DNA of 62,828 nucleotides, counting the filler, from Candidatus Woesearchaeota archaeon (GTDB lineage Archaea > Nanobdellota > Nanobdellia > Woesearchaeales > GCA-2687795), in NCBI GenBank assembly GCA_030753365.1. It is 7 parts of 7 records of this genome, joined end to end, with 100 filler letters (N's around TTAATTAATTAA, not from the genome) between each part and the next. Parts side by side here need not be neighbours in the genome. Positions count along the whole stretch, not along the records: positions 37,424 to 45,406 come from JASMCJ010000037.1; positions 45,507 to 62,828 come from JASMCJ010000038.1; 5 more parts are not named here. The stretch is one strand, 5' to 3'. A program made the position numbers and the translations under genes. A model generated the notes under the pieces. The model had not been told where the DNA came from and ran no database searches. It saw nothing but the letters and a program-made list of their open reading frames with translations. Below are positions 39,899 through 48,933 of this stretch, piece after piece. Position 1 is the first letter of the stretch. The number at the start of each line of letters is the position of its first letter.

Positions 39899-40573
39899 AT
39901 GAAACTCACTGAACTAAAACAGCATGGAATCCCAGACTTTGTAATAGACAATCTCACCAAAAAAAATATCTCCAAACTAAACCCTGGCCAGGAGAAAGCC
40001 ATAAAAGCAGGAATCCTAGAAGGAAAAAACGCACTAATCTGCACCCCTACTGGCAGTGGAAAAACAGCAATAGCTACCTTCACCTTAACAAAAATATTAA
40101 CAGAAAAGCCAGGCTCAAAAGTAGTCTATCTTGTCCCCTTAAAAGCATTAGCCAACGATAAATTCAGAGAATACCAGGAACTCTTAAAAGACACAGGCTT
40201 AACAGTAATCCAAAGCACTGGAGACATAGACTCAGGTTCAGACTGGTTAGGAAAATATGACCTATTAATCCTAACAGTAGAAAAAATGGACTCCTTGCTA
40301 AGGCACCACTGCTCCTGGCTTCAGCAGGTAAGATGTGTAATTTGTGACGAAGTCCATCTACTAAACGACACTCACAGAGGTCCAACACTAGAAATCCTCT
40401 TAACACTTTTAAAAGACCTATCCAACATCCAGATAATCGCATTATCCGCAACAATCGGCAATCCAGAAGAACTAGCAGAATGGCTTAATGCAGAGCTAGT
40501 CTTAGACACCTGGCGCCCAGTAAAACTCAACAGAGGAATCTATCATCAGGGAGAAGTAGAATTTTATGATTAG
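39899..40573 (+). CDS. Stand-alone Ski2/Hel308-like DExH ATPase domain (RecA1 only)
   Basis: Q motif LNPGQ, PTGSGKT, VPLKALA, TVEK, DEVH, LSAT, WRPV; clean stop after 224 aa. Confidence 0.88.
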   Translation: MKLTELKQHGIPDFVIDNLTKKNISKLNPGQEKAIKAGILEGKNALICTPTGSGKTAIATFTLTKILTEKPGSKVVYLVPLKALANDKFREYQELLKDTGLTVIQSTGDIDSGSDWLGKYDLLILTVEKMDSLLRHHCSWLQQVRCVICDEVHLLNDTHRGPTLEILLTLLKDLSNIQIIALSATIGNPEELAEWLNAELVLDTWRPVKLNRGIYHQGEVEFYD

Positions 40574-40608
40574 AAGAGTTTAAATAAAATAAAAATATTT
40601 ATGAATTT

Positions 40609-40777
40609 ATGATAAAGAAAGAACATATAGCAAAAGGAGAATATCTGGAGAAACTTGATAGGATTAGAAAACAGAAATTTATTCACATTGGCAGTTTAGA
40701 GAATTTTAAAAGAAGATATAAGATTAAATAAGTTAACAATACTTATGGATTATGACCATCATGATAAAATCTATTAA
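40609..40777 (+). pseudogene. Probable antitoxin/RelE-like toxin remnant
   Basis: 40-aa ORF 40609-40731 (..EYLEKLDRIRKQKFIHIGSLENFKRRY..) followed by the orphan fragment LMDYDHHDKIY*. Confidence 0.45.
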
Positions 40778-40786
40778 AACAACATC

Positions 40787-41974
40787 TTAAACAAACTTAG
40801 CAATCTCTTTAACCTTCTCCACAAATTCTTCGCATTCCTCTTTAGTATTATAAACATACAAAGAAGCTCTTGCACTGCCATCCATCTTATTAGCATTAAA
40901 CCATGAATGAACACAATGCGCTCCTGATCTAATCATAATATTAGAACTCTCACTCAGCATAGTAGCAATATTATGAGGATTCATACCCTCAATATTGAAA
41001 CTGAACACTCCTCCTCTCTTATCAGGTTCTTCAGGTCCTATAATCTTAAGGCCTTTCACATCTTTTAAACCTTCAGTAATAATCTTATTCAGCATAACCT
41101 CATGTTCATGTATCTCACTCAACCCAACCTTCTTAAGATACTTAACCGCCTCACCCAATCCAATAATGCCTGCATAATTCTGCAATCCTGCCTCAAACCT
41201 CTCAGGAACATCCTCCAACTCATGGCTTGAATAAGTAGTCTCTTTAACAGTATCCCCTCCAACCAAAAAAGGATTAAGCCCTTCCAAAAGCCCAAGCTTC
41301 CCATACAAAACTCCAATCCCGCTAGGTCCCAGCATCTTATGCCCTGAGCATGCAAGGAAATCAACATCAATATCACGAACATCAACCTCTTTATGCGGAG
41401 CAGACTGCGCAGCATCCAGCATAACCAAAGCACCATTCTCATGAGCAATCTTAATCATCCCTTCAACAGGATTAGAAGTCCCATCTAAATTAGAAGTATG
41501 CACCATAGAAACCATCCTAACACCCTTAACCTTCTCCTTAAAATCTTCAACATCTCCAAACCTAAATATGCGATGCTCAATCTTATCATTAACCTGCCAA
41601 GGCAAAAGGTTAGAGTTATGCTCTTTATCAGAAGTAAGCATAACATCATTTTTGTCAAACTTAAACGACTTAGCAATCAAATTAATAGCTTCTGTAGTAT
41701 TCCTTGTAAAAATAATCTCCTTCTCAGACTTAGCATTAAAGAAATTCTTAACCTCTTTCCTACTCTTTTCAACCTCTTCATCAACCTGTTTCCCAAGCTT
41801 ATGGATACTCCTTCCACCGCATGCAGGAAACTCATTATAATACCTATTAATAGCCCCTATAACCTGCCTAGGCTTCATGCTAACACAGGCAGAATCCATA
41901 TAAACAATAGGCTTCCCTTTAATCTCCCTATCATAAACAGGAAAATCCTTCCTTATTTTATCAACATTAATCAT
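40787..41974 (-). CDS. sufS: Cysteine desulfurase, SufS type
   Basis: YMDSA, EHNSN, LDAAQS, SGHKMLGPSG, EAG, RSGAHC, RASLY. Confidence 0.93.
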   Translation of the reverse strand: MINVDKIRKDFPVYDREIKGKPIVYMDSACVSMKPRQVIGAINRYYNEFPACGGRSIHKLGKQVDEEVEKSRKEVKNFFNAKSEKEIIFTRNTTEAINLIAKSFKFDKNDVMLTSDKEHNSNLLPWQVNDKIEHRIFRFGDVEDFKEKVKGVRMVSMVHTSNLDGTSNPVEGMIKIAHENGALVMLDAAQSAPHKEVDVRDIDVDFLACSGHKMLGPSGIGVLYGKLGLLEGLNPFLVGGDTVKETTYSSHELEDVPERFEAGLQNYAGIIGLGEAVKYLKKVGLSEIHEHEVMLNKIITEGLKDVKGLKIIGPEEPDKRGGVFSFNIEGMNPHNIATMLSESSNIMIRSGAHCVHSWFNANKMDGSARASLYVYNTKEECEEFVEKVKEIAKFV

Positions 41975-42897
41975 TCTTTCAACTCCTCATCAATAACCTT
42001 AGTAAAAGCTCTTATGGGCTTAGGACCTGTAATTCTTCTATCATTTATAAAGAATGTAGGTGTTCCTTTAAGCTGAGCCTTAATTCCATCTTCAAAATCA
42101 TTCATAACTTCTGCTTTATGCCTTCTTGAATCAACACACTCATTAAACCCCTCCATATCAAGTTCCAACCTCCCAGCCAGCTTCCTTAACTCCAAAATAT
42201 GATCCTCCTTCTCACTGCACATCTCCTGCATATCAAAAATCCCTTCCCTATACTCCCAATACATATCCTGTTCCAATGCGCAGTTAGCAGCCTCTGAATA
42301 CCAGTCAGCATCAGCATGTTTCTTTGACAAAGGAAAATCCCTATACACAAACCTTATTCTGCCTTCATAAATACTCAACAAGTTCTGAACAACAGGCTCA
42401 GCCTCCTTAGTATACGGACACATCATGCATCCAAACTCTATCACTGTAACCTTAGCATCCTCTGGTCCAATACTAGGATCATCATCAACATCAGGGAAAA
42501 CAACAGGACCAGTATAACTGCCATCATACCCTGACGAAGTCTCACCTTCAAAAATTGCAAGTGGGCAAAACGCATCAGACTCTGGACCATAACAATTGCC
42601 ATACACAGCATAATTATAAGCAGCATAACCAGAATAAATCATGCTGGAAAAAAACACTATCAACAGTGTCCATGAAATAATCTCAAAATTCTTAAACACA
42701 ATCCTAGCCAGTCTGACATTCTTCCTCATCAATCTGCCAGTAATCTGGCTCTTCAGCCTTTGGTCAAGATTAGAAGTGCACTTCCTAAACGTAACCCTCC
42801 TAAACACGCAATCAAACGCCTCAATAGCAATCTTCCTGTGAGTAGCGCTGAATATTCCAAGCACGCTGAATACAATTAAAGCTATTACACATATCAT
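41971..42897 (-). CDS. Membrane-anchored DsbA-like thioredoxin-fold protein
   Basis: GPEDAKVTVIEFGCMMCPYT, FVYRDFPL, GTPTFFIN; Cys-containing TM N-terminal domain. Confidence 0.88.
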   Translation of the reverse strand: MICVIALIVFSVLGIFSATHRKIAIEAFDCVFRRVTFRKCTSNLDQRLKSQITGRLMRKNVRLARIVFKNFEIISWTLLIVFFSSMIYSGYAAYNYAVYGNCYGPESDAFCPLAIFEGETSSGYDGSYTGPVVFPDVDDDPSIGPEDAKVTVIEFGCMMCPYTKEAEPVVQNLLSIYEGRIRFVYRDFPLSKKHADADWYSEAANCALEQDMYWEYREGIFDMQEMCSEKEDHILELRKLAGRLELDMEGFNECVDSRRHKAEVMNDFEDGIKAQLKGTPTFFINDRRITGPKPIRAFTKVIDEELKE

Positions 42898-42939
42898 ATA
42901 AAGAATTATTGTAGATTGGTATTTAAAGTTTTAGTATAA

Positions 42940-44508
42940 TCAAACCTTCCCAAACAACTCTGCAACCTTCTTCTTTCCCACAGTCAGAATAAAGCTAGCC
43001 AGCCTTGGTCCTCTCTCTTTGTTCAACAACACCAAATAAGCTGCCTTAAAGAACTCTCCAGGTTTCATCTCAAGTTCCTGGCAAATATTATAGAACTTCT
43101 CATGCAACTCCTTATCATCCTTAACACTCTTTTTCAACACTTCAGCAGCCTTATGCAAAGCCTCCTTCTGCTTATCATCCAGCTTAACATTAACCTTTTC
43201 CTGCACGCTGAACTTAAACTCCTCAGGCGCATACTTCTCCAGCCAATTCAGAACACAATTACACCTAACCTCAAATCTCTCCTTATCCTCTTTAGTCTTA
43301 AGATCTTCCTTAAAAAACTCAGCAGCCTTCTTAACATCCTTCTCATAAACCTGCAACACAGTAGTCAAATGCCTAAACCCTGGCTGGAAAGGTATCTTCT
43401 TAGGAAGCTCCACAGAAGACAACTCATAAATCCTCTTCTGCTTCCCAAGCTCCTTCTCATCAACCTCTTCCTTCTTAAAATAAATCCTCTCACACCTATC
43501 AAAATCCTCATAATACTTAAGAACATCCAGGTCAAAGCTAATATCAAACTCAGCAGTCGGCCTAGTAGAAGCAAAAAACCATCTTATAATATTAGGCTCA
43601 TAAACCTCCAACATCTCCTTCAATGTAATAACCAACCCTGAAGAGCTGGCAAATTGTCCCTGCCCTTTAATAGAAATCCATTCATACCTTATACCAGACG
43701 GCCCATCATAATCATAAACTTTCTTACAAATCTCCTTTGAAGAAAAAAAGCTGCCACCTGCAGCAAAATGATCCTTCCCTGCAGACTCAAAATTAACCTT
43801 CTCAAAATCCCATCTCATAGCCCAGTCAGTTCTCCACCCCAACTTAGCAATCCCTTTCTTTCTAAAATCAAAAGTATCCTTATGCCCACACTCGCACTCA
43901 TAATAAAGTGAAAAATCACCTTTATACTCAATCTTGCTAACAGTATCCTTGCCGCACTTCTCACAAAAAACAGACACCGGCAGCCAATCCTTTCCCAACG
44001 GCTCCTTCCTGGTCTTATCAAGCACTGCCTTAATTTTATCTTTACTCTCTAGTGCCTTCTTAATACCCTTAGCATACTTGCACTCTCCATACATCTTTGA
44101 CTGTTTAATAAACTCTGGGCTTATCCCAACCGCTGGCAAATCCTTCTCCAGCTCAATCTCATTATGCCTTGCATAATTATCATGATTACATCCAAAAGTA
44201 TCCGGAACAGTTGTAATAGGCTTCCTCAACAAGCTCTTAAGCAATTCTTTCTTAGGCATATTCTTAGGAACTTTCCTAAACACATCAAAATCATCCCATG
44301 AATAAATAAACCTCACCTTCTTACCCAATGATTCCAACCCTCTCTTAACAAGCTCTTGTGTAATAATCTCCCTAAAATTACCCATATGAATAGTACCAGA
44401 AGGAGTAATCCCTGCAGCTACAGTATACTTATCTTTATCACCATGCTCCCCCACCACCTTCCTGGCAGCCTGGTCAGCCCAGTGCAGAATCTCTGAATCT
44501 TGTTTCAT
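42940..44508 (-). CDS. lysS: Lysine--tRNA ligase, class I
   Basis: HWAD, GITPSGTIHMGN, GKDH, GPRLA. Confidence 0.97.
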   Translation of the reverse strand: MKQDSEILHWADQAARKVVGEHGDKDKYTVAAGITPSGTIHMGNFREIITQELVKRGLESLGKKVRFIYSWDDFDVFRKVPKNMPKKELLKSLLRKPITTVPDTFGCNHDNYARHNEIELEKDLPAVGISPEFIKQSKMYGECKYAKGIKKALESKDKIKAVLDKTRKEPLGKDWLPVSVFCEKCGKDTVSKIEYKGDFSLYYECECGHKDTFDFRKKGIAKLGWRTDWAMRWDFEKVNFESAGKDHFAAGGSFFSSKEICKKVYDYDGPSGIRYEWISIKGQGQFASSSGLVITLKEMLEVYEPNIIRWFFASTRPTAEFDISFDLDVLKYYEDFDRCERIYFKKEEVDEKELGKQKRIYELSSVELPKKIPFQPGFRHLTTVLQVYEKDVKKAAEFFKEDLKTKEDKERFEVRCNCVLNWLEKYAPEEFKFSVQEKVNVKLDDKQKEALHKAAEVLKKSVKDDKELHEKFYNICQELEMKPGEFFKAAYLVLLNKERGPRLASFILTVGKKKVAELFGKV

Positions 44509-44554
44509 ATAACAATAAAAAGTAACGGATTATAAAAAGATTGCTGTAAAATCT

Positions 44555-45298
44555 TCAACCACCCAAAACAATCTTAGTAACAAACATAAACACAATCCCA
44601 ATAATAAAAAACAAAAACGAATTCAGCGACTTCTTCAAATCTGGCTCCTTATGCAACTCAGGAATCAAATCCGAAGCAGAAATATAAATAAACCCTCCAG
44701 CAGCAAATGGTAGGATAAAAGGGATAACTCCTTCAATAGAGCCAGCAAGGAAATATCCAATAACTCCTCCAACAACACATATAATCTGTGAAATAAAATT
44801 ATAAAATAATGCCTTAAACTTGCTAAACCCTCCATAAACCAAAGCGCCAAAATCCCCCAACTCCTGCGGAATCTCATGTCCAATAATAATCAGGCTGGTA
44901 ACAATCCCAAAGGGTACGCTAACAAAAAAGCTTGCAGCAATAATCAATCCATCAATAAGGTTATGAATCCCATCTCCAAACAGGATTAAATAAGTAAACG
45001 GATGCGTCTCACACCTCCCATTATGGCAATGATGCCAATGCAAAAACCTTTCAACAATAAAGAACAATACAAATCCAACTAATAAATAACCAAATGCCAT
45101 AGTAGCAGACAACTCCTCCAGCGACTCAGCCAAAAGATGAAACAATGCACCGCTCAGCAAAGCCCCAGCAGAAAAAGCCACCAAAGCCATCAGCATCTTT
45201 CTAAGAAACTTCTCCTTAACCCACAAAGACACAACACCCACTAATGAAATCAAGCCTACAACAGACGTCATCAATAAAATCCATAACAAAATGCTCAT
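44555..45298 (-). CDS. ZIP family metal (Zn) transporter
   Basis: HWHHCH, GDGIHNLIDG, HEIPQELGDF, DLIPELH. Confidence 0.94.
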   Translation of the reverse strand: MSILLWILLMTSVVGLISLVGVVSLWVKEKFLRKMLMALVAFSAGALLSGALFHLLAESLEELSATMAFGYLLVGFVLFFIVERFLHWHHCHNGRCETHPFTYLILFGDGIHNLIDGLIIAASFFVSVPFGIVTSLIIIGHEIPQELGDFGALVYGGFSKFKALFYNFISQIICVVGGVIGYFLAGSIEGVIPFILPFAAGGFIYISASDLIPELHKEPDLKKSLNSFLFFIIGIVFMFVTKIVLGG

Positions 45299-45406
45299 TC
45301 TTCACATCTTTGGCTCAAACCCAGCCCCTCCATTCTTCATAGCCCCGCCGCACTTAGGACACTTCATCCCACCACAGCTAACACCTTTCGGAGCAGGCAT
45401 GCTAAA

Positions 45407-45506
45407 NNNNNNNNNNNNNNNNNNNNNNNNNNNNNNNNNNNNNNNNNNNNTTAATTAATTAANNNNNNNNNNNNNNNNNNNNNNNNNNNNNNNNNNNNNN
45501 NNNNNN
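45407..45506. other. Artificial contig linker between two contigs overlapping by 141 bp
   Basis: 45266-45406 is identical to 45507-45647. Confidence 0.97.
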
Positions 45507-45542
45507 CGTCATCAATAAAATCCATAACAAAATGCTCATTCT

Positions 45543-45689
45543 TCACATCTTTGGCTCAAACCCAGCCCCTCCATTCTTCATAGCCCCGCCGCACTTAGGA
45601 CACTTCATCCCACCACAGCTAACACCTTTCGGAGCAGGCATGCTAAACCCACACTTAACACAAACGCAACTCCCAATATTATCATCCAT
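45543..45689 (-). CDS. 48-aa Cys-rich zinc-ribbon-like microprotein
   Basis: Not in ORF track. MDDNIGSCVCVKCGFSMPAPKGVSCGGMKCPKCGGAMKNGGAGFEPKM; AGGTGA SD; start overlaps the rnfD stop; stop lies just before the ZIP start. Confidence 0.8.
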   Translation of the reverse strand: MDDNIGSCVCVKCGFSMPAPKGVSCGGMKCPKCGGAMKNGGAGFEPKM

Positions 45690-46614
45690 TTTTATTCACC
45701 TTTTTAACATAGCCAAACGGTCTCAACCTAGTCCATCTCTCAATCAAAGGGCTAAACCCATTCATAAGTAAAATAGCATAAGTAACACCTTCAGGCATCC
45801 CGCTATAAAGCCTGATAATAACAGTAAGCAAACCGCATCCAATCCCAAAAATAACCCTCCCTTTCTTAGTCAACGGCATTCCTTCATACCCAGTAGCCAT
45901 AAAAAACGTTCCCAACATAACTCCTCCAGCAAGCACATGAAACACAGGATCTTCACCCAAAACAAACATCAACAAAGATAAACTACCAATATAAGCCAAA
46001 GGCACTCTCCAGTCAATAACCTTAGTAACCATCAAAAACAATCCGCCAATCAATAACAAAAGCGCAGAAGTCTCTCCAACACTTCCACCAACATTCCCCA
46101 TGAACAATTCAAAGTAACCTGCAGTTTTAATCCCACCAATCTTCAAAGCTCCCAACGGCGTAGCTCCTGTAACACCATCAACACCTCTCCAAATTGTCAT
46201 CAACGCAGGCCATGCAGCCATAAGAAAAGCTCTTCCAGCAAGCGCAGGATTAAACATAGCATATCCAAACCCTCCAAACACCCATTTCACAATAGCAATC
46301 CCAAAAAAAGCTCCAACAACCGGCATCCATAACGGAACCGTAGGCGGTAAAATCATCCCCAACAACAAGCCCGTAACAACACCAGAACCATCAACTTTCA
46401 CCTTCCTCTTAACCAAAACTTGCATCAATATCTGTGTCAAAACAGCAGAAACAACGCTAACAATCATAACAAGCAACGCTCTAACTCCAAACAAAAAAAC
46501 ACCATACCCTGCTGCCGGCAGCAAAGCTAGCAACACAAACAGCATAATCCTCTTCTTAGAGCTTCTCTCAAAAATATGAGGGCTTCCACTAACGTTTAGG
46601 TTTTCCATTTTCAT
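45682..46614 (-). CDS. rnfD: RnfD-like membrane flavoprotein
   Basis: SGSPH, VVTGLLLG, FGGFG..FNPALAGR, DGVTGATPL (FMN-Thr), GSVGETSA, FFMAT, PEGV.YAILLMN. Confidence 0.93.
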   Translation of the reverse strand: MKMENLNVSGSPHIFERSSKKRIMLFVLLALLPAAGYGVFLFGVRALLVMIVSVVSAVLTQILMQVLVKRKVKVDGSGVVTGLLLGMILPPTVPLWMPVVGAFFGIAIVKWVFGGFGYAMFNPALAGRAFLMAAWPALMTIWRGVDGVTGATPLGALKIGGIKTAGYFELFMGNVGGSVGETSALLLLIGGLFLMVTKVIDWRVPLAYIGSLSLLMFVLGEDPVFHVLAGGVMLGTFFMATGYEGMPLTKKGRVIFGIGCGLLTVIIRLYSGMPEGVTYAILLMNGFSPLIERWTRLRPFGYVKKVNKNG

Positions 46615-47884
46615 TAATCTTCCCCTTGGCATACTTAATCCATTTAACCAATGGTATCTTGCTCGGGCAAACATACGCGCAAACTCCGCACTCAAAACAT
46701 GCATTAGCATAATAATCCTCAGCCTGCTTTATCCTATCTGCTCTCCCAAACTTTGCAATCGTAACAGGCATAAGATTCATAGGACAATAATCAACGCACT
46801 TCGCACACCTAATACACTCTCTCTCCTCAGGCTCTTCTACATCATCAAGAACCAAAACCCCAGAACTGCCTTTAATAACAGGAACATTATCAGAACTCTG
46901 TGCAATCCCCATCATCGGTCCACCCATAATAACCTTCTTAGGCGTTCCCTTATAACCACCACACTCTTTAATCAAATCCTTAACTAACATCCCCACTTTA
47001 ACCATAACATTCTTCGGTTCATTAACATCCCCAGTAACAGTAACAACCCTCTCAATCAATGGTTTGCCAAAATAAACCGCATCATGCACAGCCTTCGCAG
47101 TGCCAACATTATTAACCACCACACCCACATCCATAGGCAACCCTCCCAAAGGCACAACCCTACCCATAAGAGCCTTAATCAGCATCTTCTCAGCTCCTTG
47201 CGGATACTTAGTCTTAAGCTTAACAACCTCAACACCATTTGCTGCTTTCCTCATCACATCAATAGCATCCTTCTTATCATTCTCTATGCCAATAAATCCT
47301 TTCTTCGCTCCAACAACTTTCATCAAAATCTTAAGCCCTTTAACAATCTCAGAAGAAAACTCCATCATCAGCCTATGATCAGTAGTCAAATAAGGCTCAC
47401 ACTCTCCACCATTAAGAATAACAGTATCAATCTTCTTCTCCTTAGGAGGTGAAAGCTTAACATGCGTAGGGAAAGTAGCCCCCCCCATACCAACAATGCC
47501 AGCCTCTTTAATAATCTTTAACAACTTCTCTCTACTCAACTTCTCAACATTCTTATTCTCTTTAAATCCATCATCCTTACCATTTCCCTCAATCACAACA
47601 CTCAACACCTTCTTTCCCAAAGGATGCAGCCACTCTTTAATCTCAACAACTCTTCCAGAAACGCTTGAATGCACAGGAGCAGACACAAAACCCTCACTCT
47701 CTCCAATCTTCTGCCCAACCTTAACACTATCTCCAACTTTAACAACTGGTTTGCACTCTTTTCCAATATGCTGTTGTAAAGGAATAACAACCTTCTTAGG
47801 CATCCCTAAAGCCTCTATCTTACTCTTCTCAGTAAATTTCCTATGAGGTAGAACAAATCCTTTGCGGAACGAAACAGTAGCCAT
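46589..47884 (-). CDS. rnfC: RnfC-like NADH/FMN/2x[4Fe-4S] subunit
   Basis: PLQQHIG, AGIVGMGGATFPTHVKL, NGGECEPYLTTD, YPQGAEK, GGPMMG, CIRCAKCVDYCP, CFECGVCAYVCP. Confidence 0.95.
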   Translation of the reverse strand: MATVSFRKGFVLPHRKFTEKSKIEALGMPKKVVIPLQQHIGKECKPVVKVGDSVKVGQKIGESEGFVSAPVHSSVSGRVVEIKEWLHPLGKKVLSVVIEGNGKDDGFKENKNVEKLSREKLLKIIKEAGIVGMGGATFPTHVKLSPPKEKKIDTVILNGGECEPYLTTDHRLMMEFSSEIVKGLKILMKVVGAKKGFIGIENDKKDAIDVMRKAANGVEVVKLKTKYPQGAEKMLIKALMGRVVPLGGLPMDVGVVVNNVGTAKAVHDAVYFGKPLIERVVTVTGDVNEPKNVMVKVGMLVKDLIKECGGYKGTPKKVIMGGPMMGIAQSSDNVPVIKGSSGVLVLDDVEEPEERECIRCAKCVDYCPMNLMPVTIAKFGRADRIKQAEDYYANACFECGVCAYVCPSKIPLVKWIKYAKGKINENGKPKR

Positions 47885-47994
47885 AAACATTAGTTGAATC
47901 AATCAAATTTAAAAAGGTTTTTATATTAGGACAATTACAAAACTTTCATATAATATAATTAACAATCTATTGATTTAAAAAGGAGGAATTAAAA

Positions 47995-48921
47995 ATGAAC
48001 AAAAAACTATTATCTTTTATATTATTATTAGGATTAGTTATTGCAGGTTGTGAAGAAGGAACCACAGAAACATCCTCTGTTTCTCCCTTCATAGAAGGCA
48101 GCAAAGGCATTGTTGCAGAATTTCAGGATATGGGAATCAGAAACACTGAAACTGGATTGAACGAAATCTTTGAAGGAGAAACCTTCCCTATTGAAGTGGT
48201 ATTAAAAAATAAAGGTGAATATGAAGTTGCAGTAACAGAAGCTACAGTTTCTCTTATGGGTATTAACCTCGCAGATTTTGATAATATTGATGCTGATGGA
48301 ATCATAGAAAGCACAGCCCTTATTGAAAAAATATCTGAATTCAATGAAGAAGGCGGGCAAATTACTCTTGATTTTACAATTGGCGTAGAAGATGCCAAAT
48401 ATAAACTTCCTCTAACAGGCTCAAGTTATACAATAGACTTATTCGCTTCTGTTGAATATTCTTATGAAACTGATGTAGCTGTCCCTAAAGTATGCTATAA
48501 AGGAGACCCTAACGACCCTTCAGTCTGCGAAGTTGAAGAAGTCAAAGATGTATTTTCTTCAGCAGCCCCTGTCCAAATCCAAACTGCAGAAGAAAAAAGA
48601 GCTGGCGCAGGGCTTATAGCAGTTATACTTGAAGTAGAAAACGTTGGCAGCGGTAAAGTAGCAAAATCAGGCGGAGTATTTGACTCAAGATACGATGAGT
48701 TCAGCTTTGAAGTAGCCGCATCTGATGCAGCCAACTGGGAATGTAAATCCGGCGGCAAAGTCAATGAAGGAAGATTTGACAGCAGTGGCAAGGCAACAAT
48801 AAGGTGTCTATTAAAAACACCTATTGTGGCAACCGATGTTTACACAAAACCTTTAGTCATGACCCTTAAATACAAGTATAAAGACATAATACAAGACTCA
48901 GTATTGATACAAGAGAGCTGA
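47995..48921 (+). CDS. Secreted/lipoprotein-like acidic protein
   Basis: MNKK-hydrophobic-IAGC lipobox-like signal; paired cysteines. Confidence 0.8.
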   Translation: MNKKLLSFILLLGLVIAGCEEGTTETSSVSPFIEGSKGIVAEFQDMGIRNTETGLNEIFEGETFPIEVVLKNKGEYEVAVTEATVSLMGINLADFDNIDADGIIESTALIEKISEFNEEGGQITLDFTIGVEDAKYKLPLTGSSYTIDLFASVEYSYETDVAVPKVCYKGDPNDPSVCEVEEVKDVFSSAAPVQIQTAEEKRAGAGLIAVILEVENVGSGKVAKSGGVFDSRYDEFSFEVAASDAANWECKSGGKVNEGRFDSSGKATIRCLLKTPIVATDVYTKPLVMTLKYKYKDIIQDSVLIQES

Positions 48922-48933
48922 TTAGCTCTTTTT

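Noticed and set aside
4573..45506. Six recurring TTAATTAATTAA motifs within N runs
   Set aside because: Artificial concatenation linkers; adjacency across them is not biological, except probably at 45407-45506.
45266..45647. Apparent 141-bp direct repeat
   Set aside because: Abuts the linker on both sides; best explained as assembler overlap.
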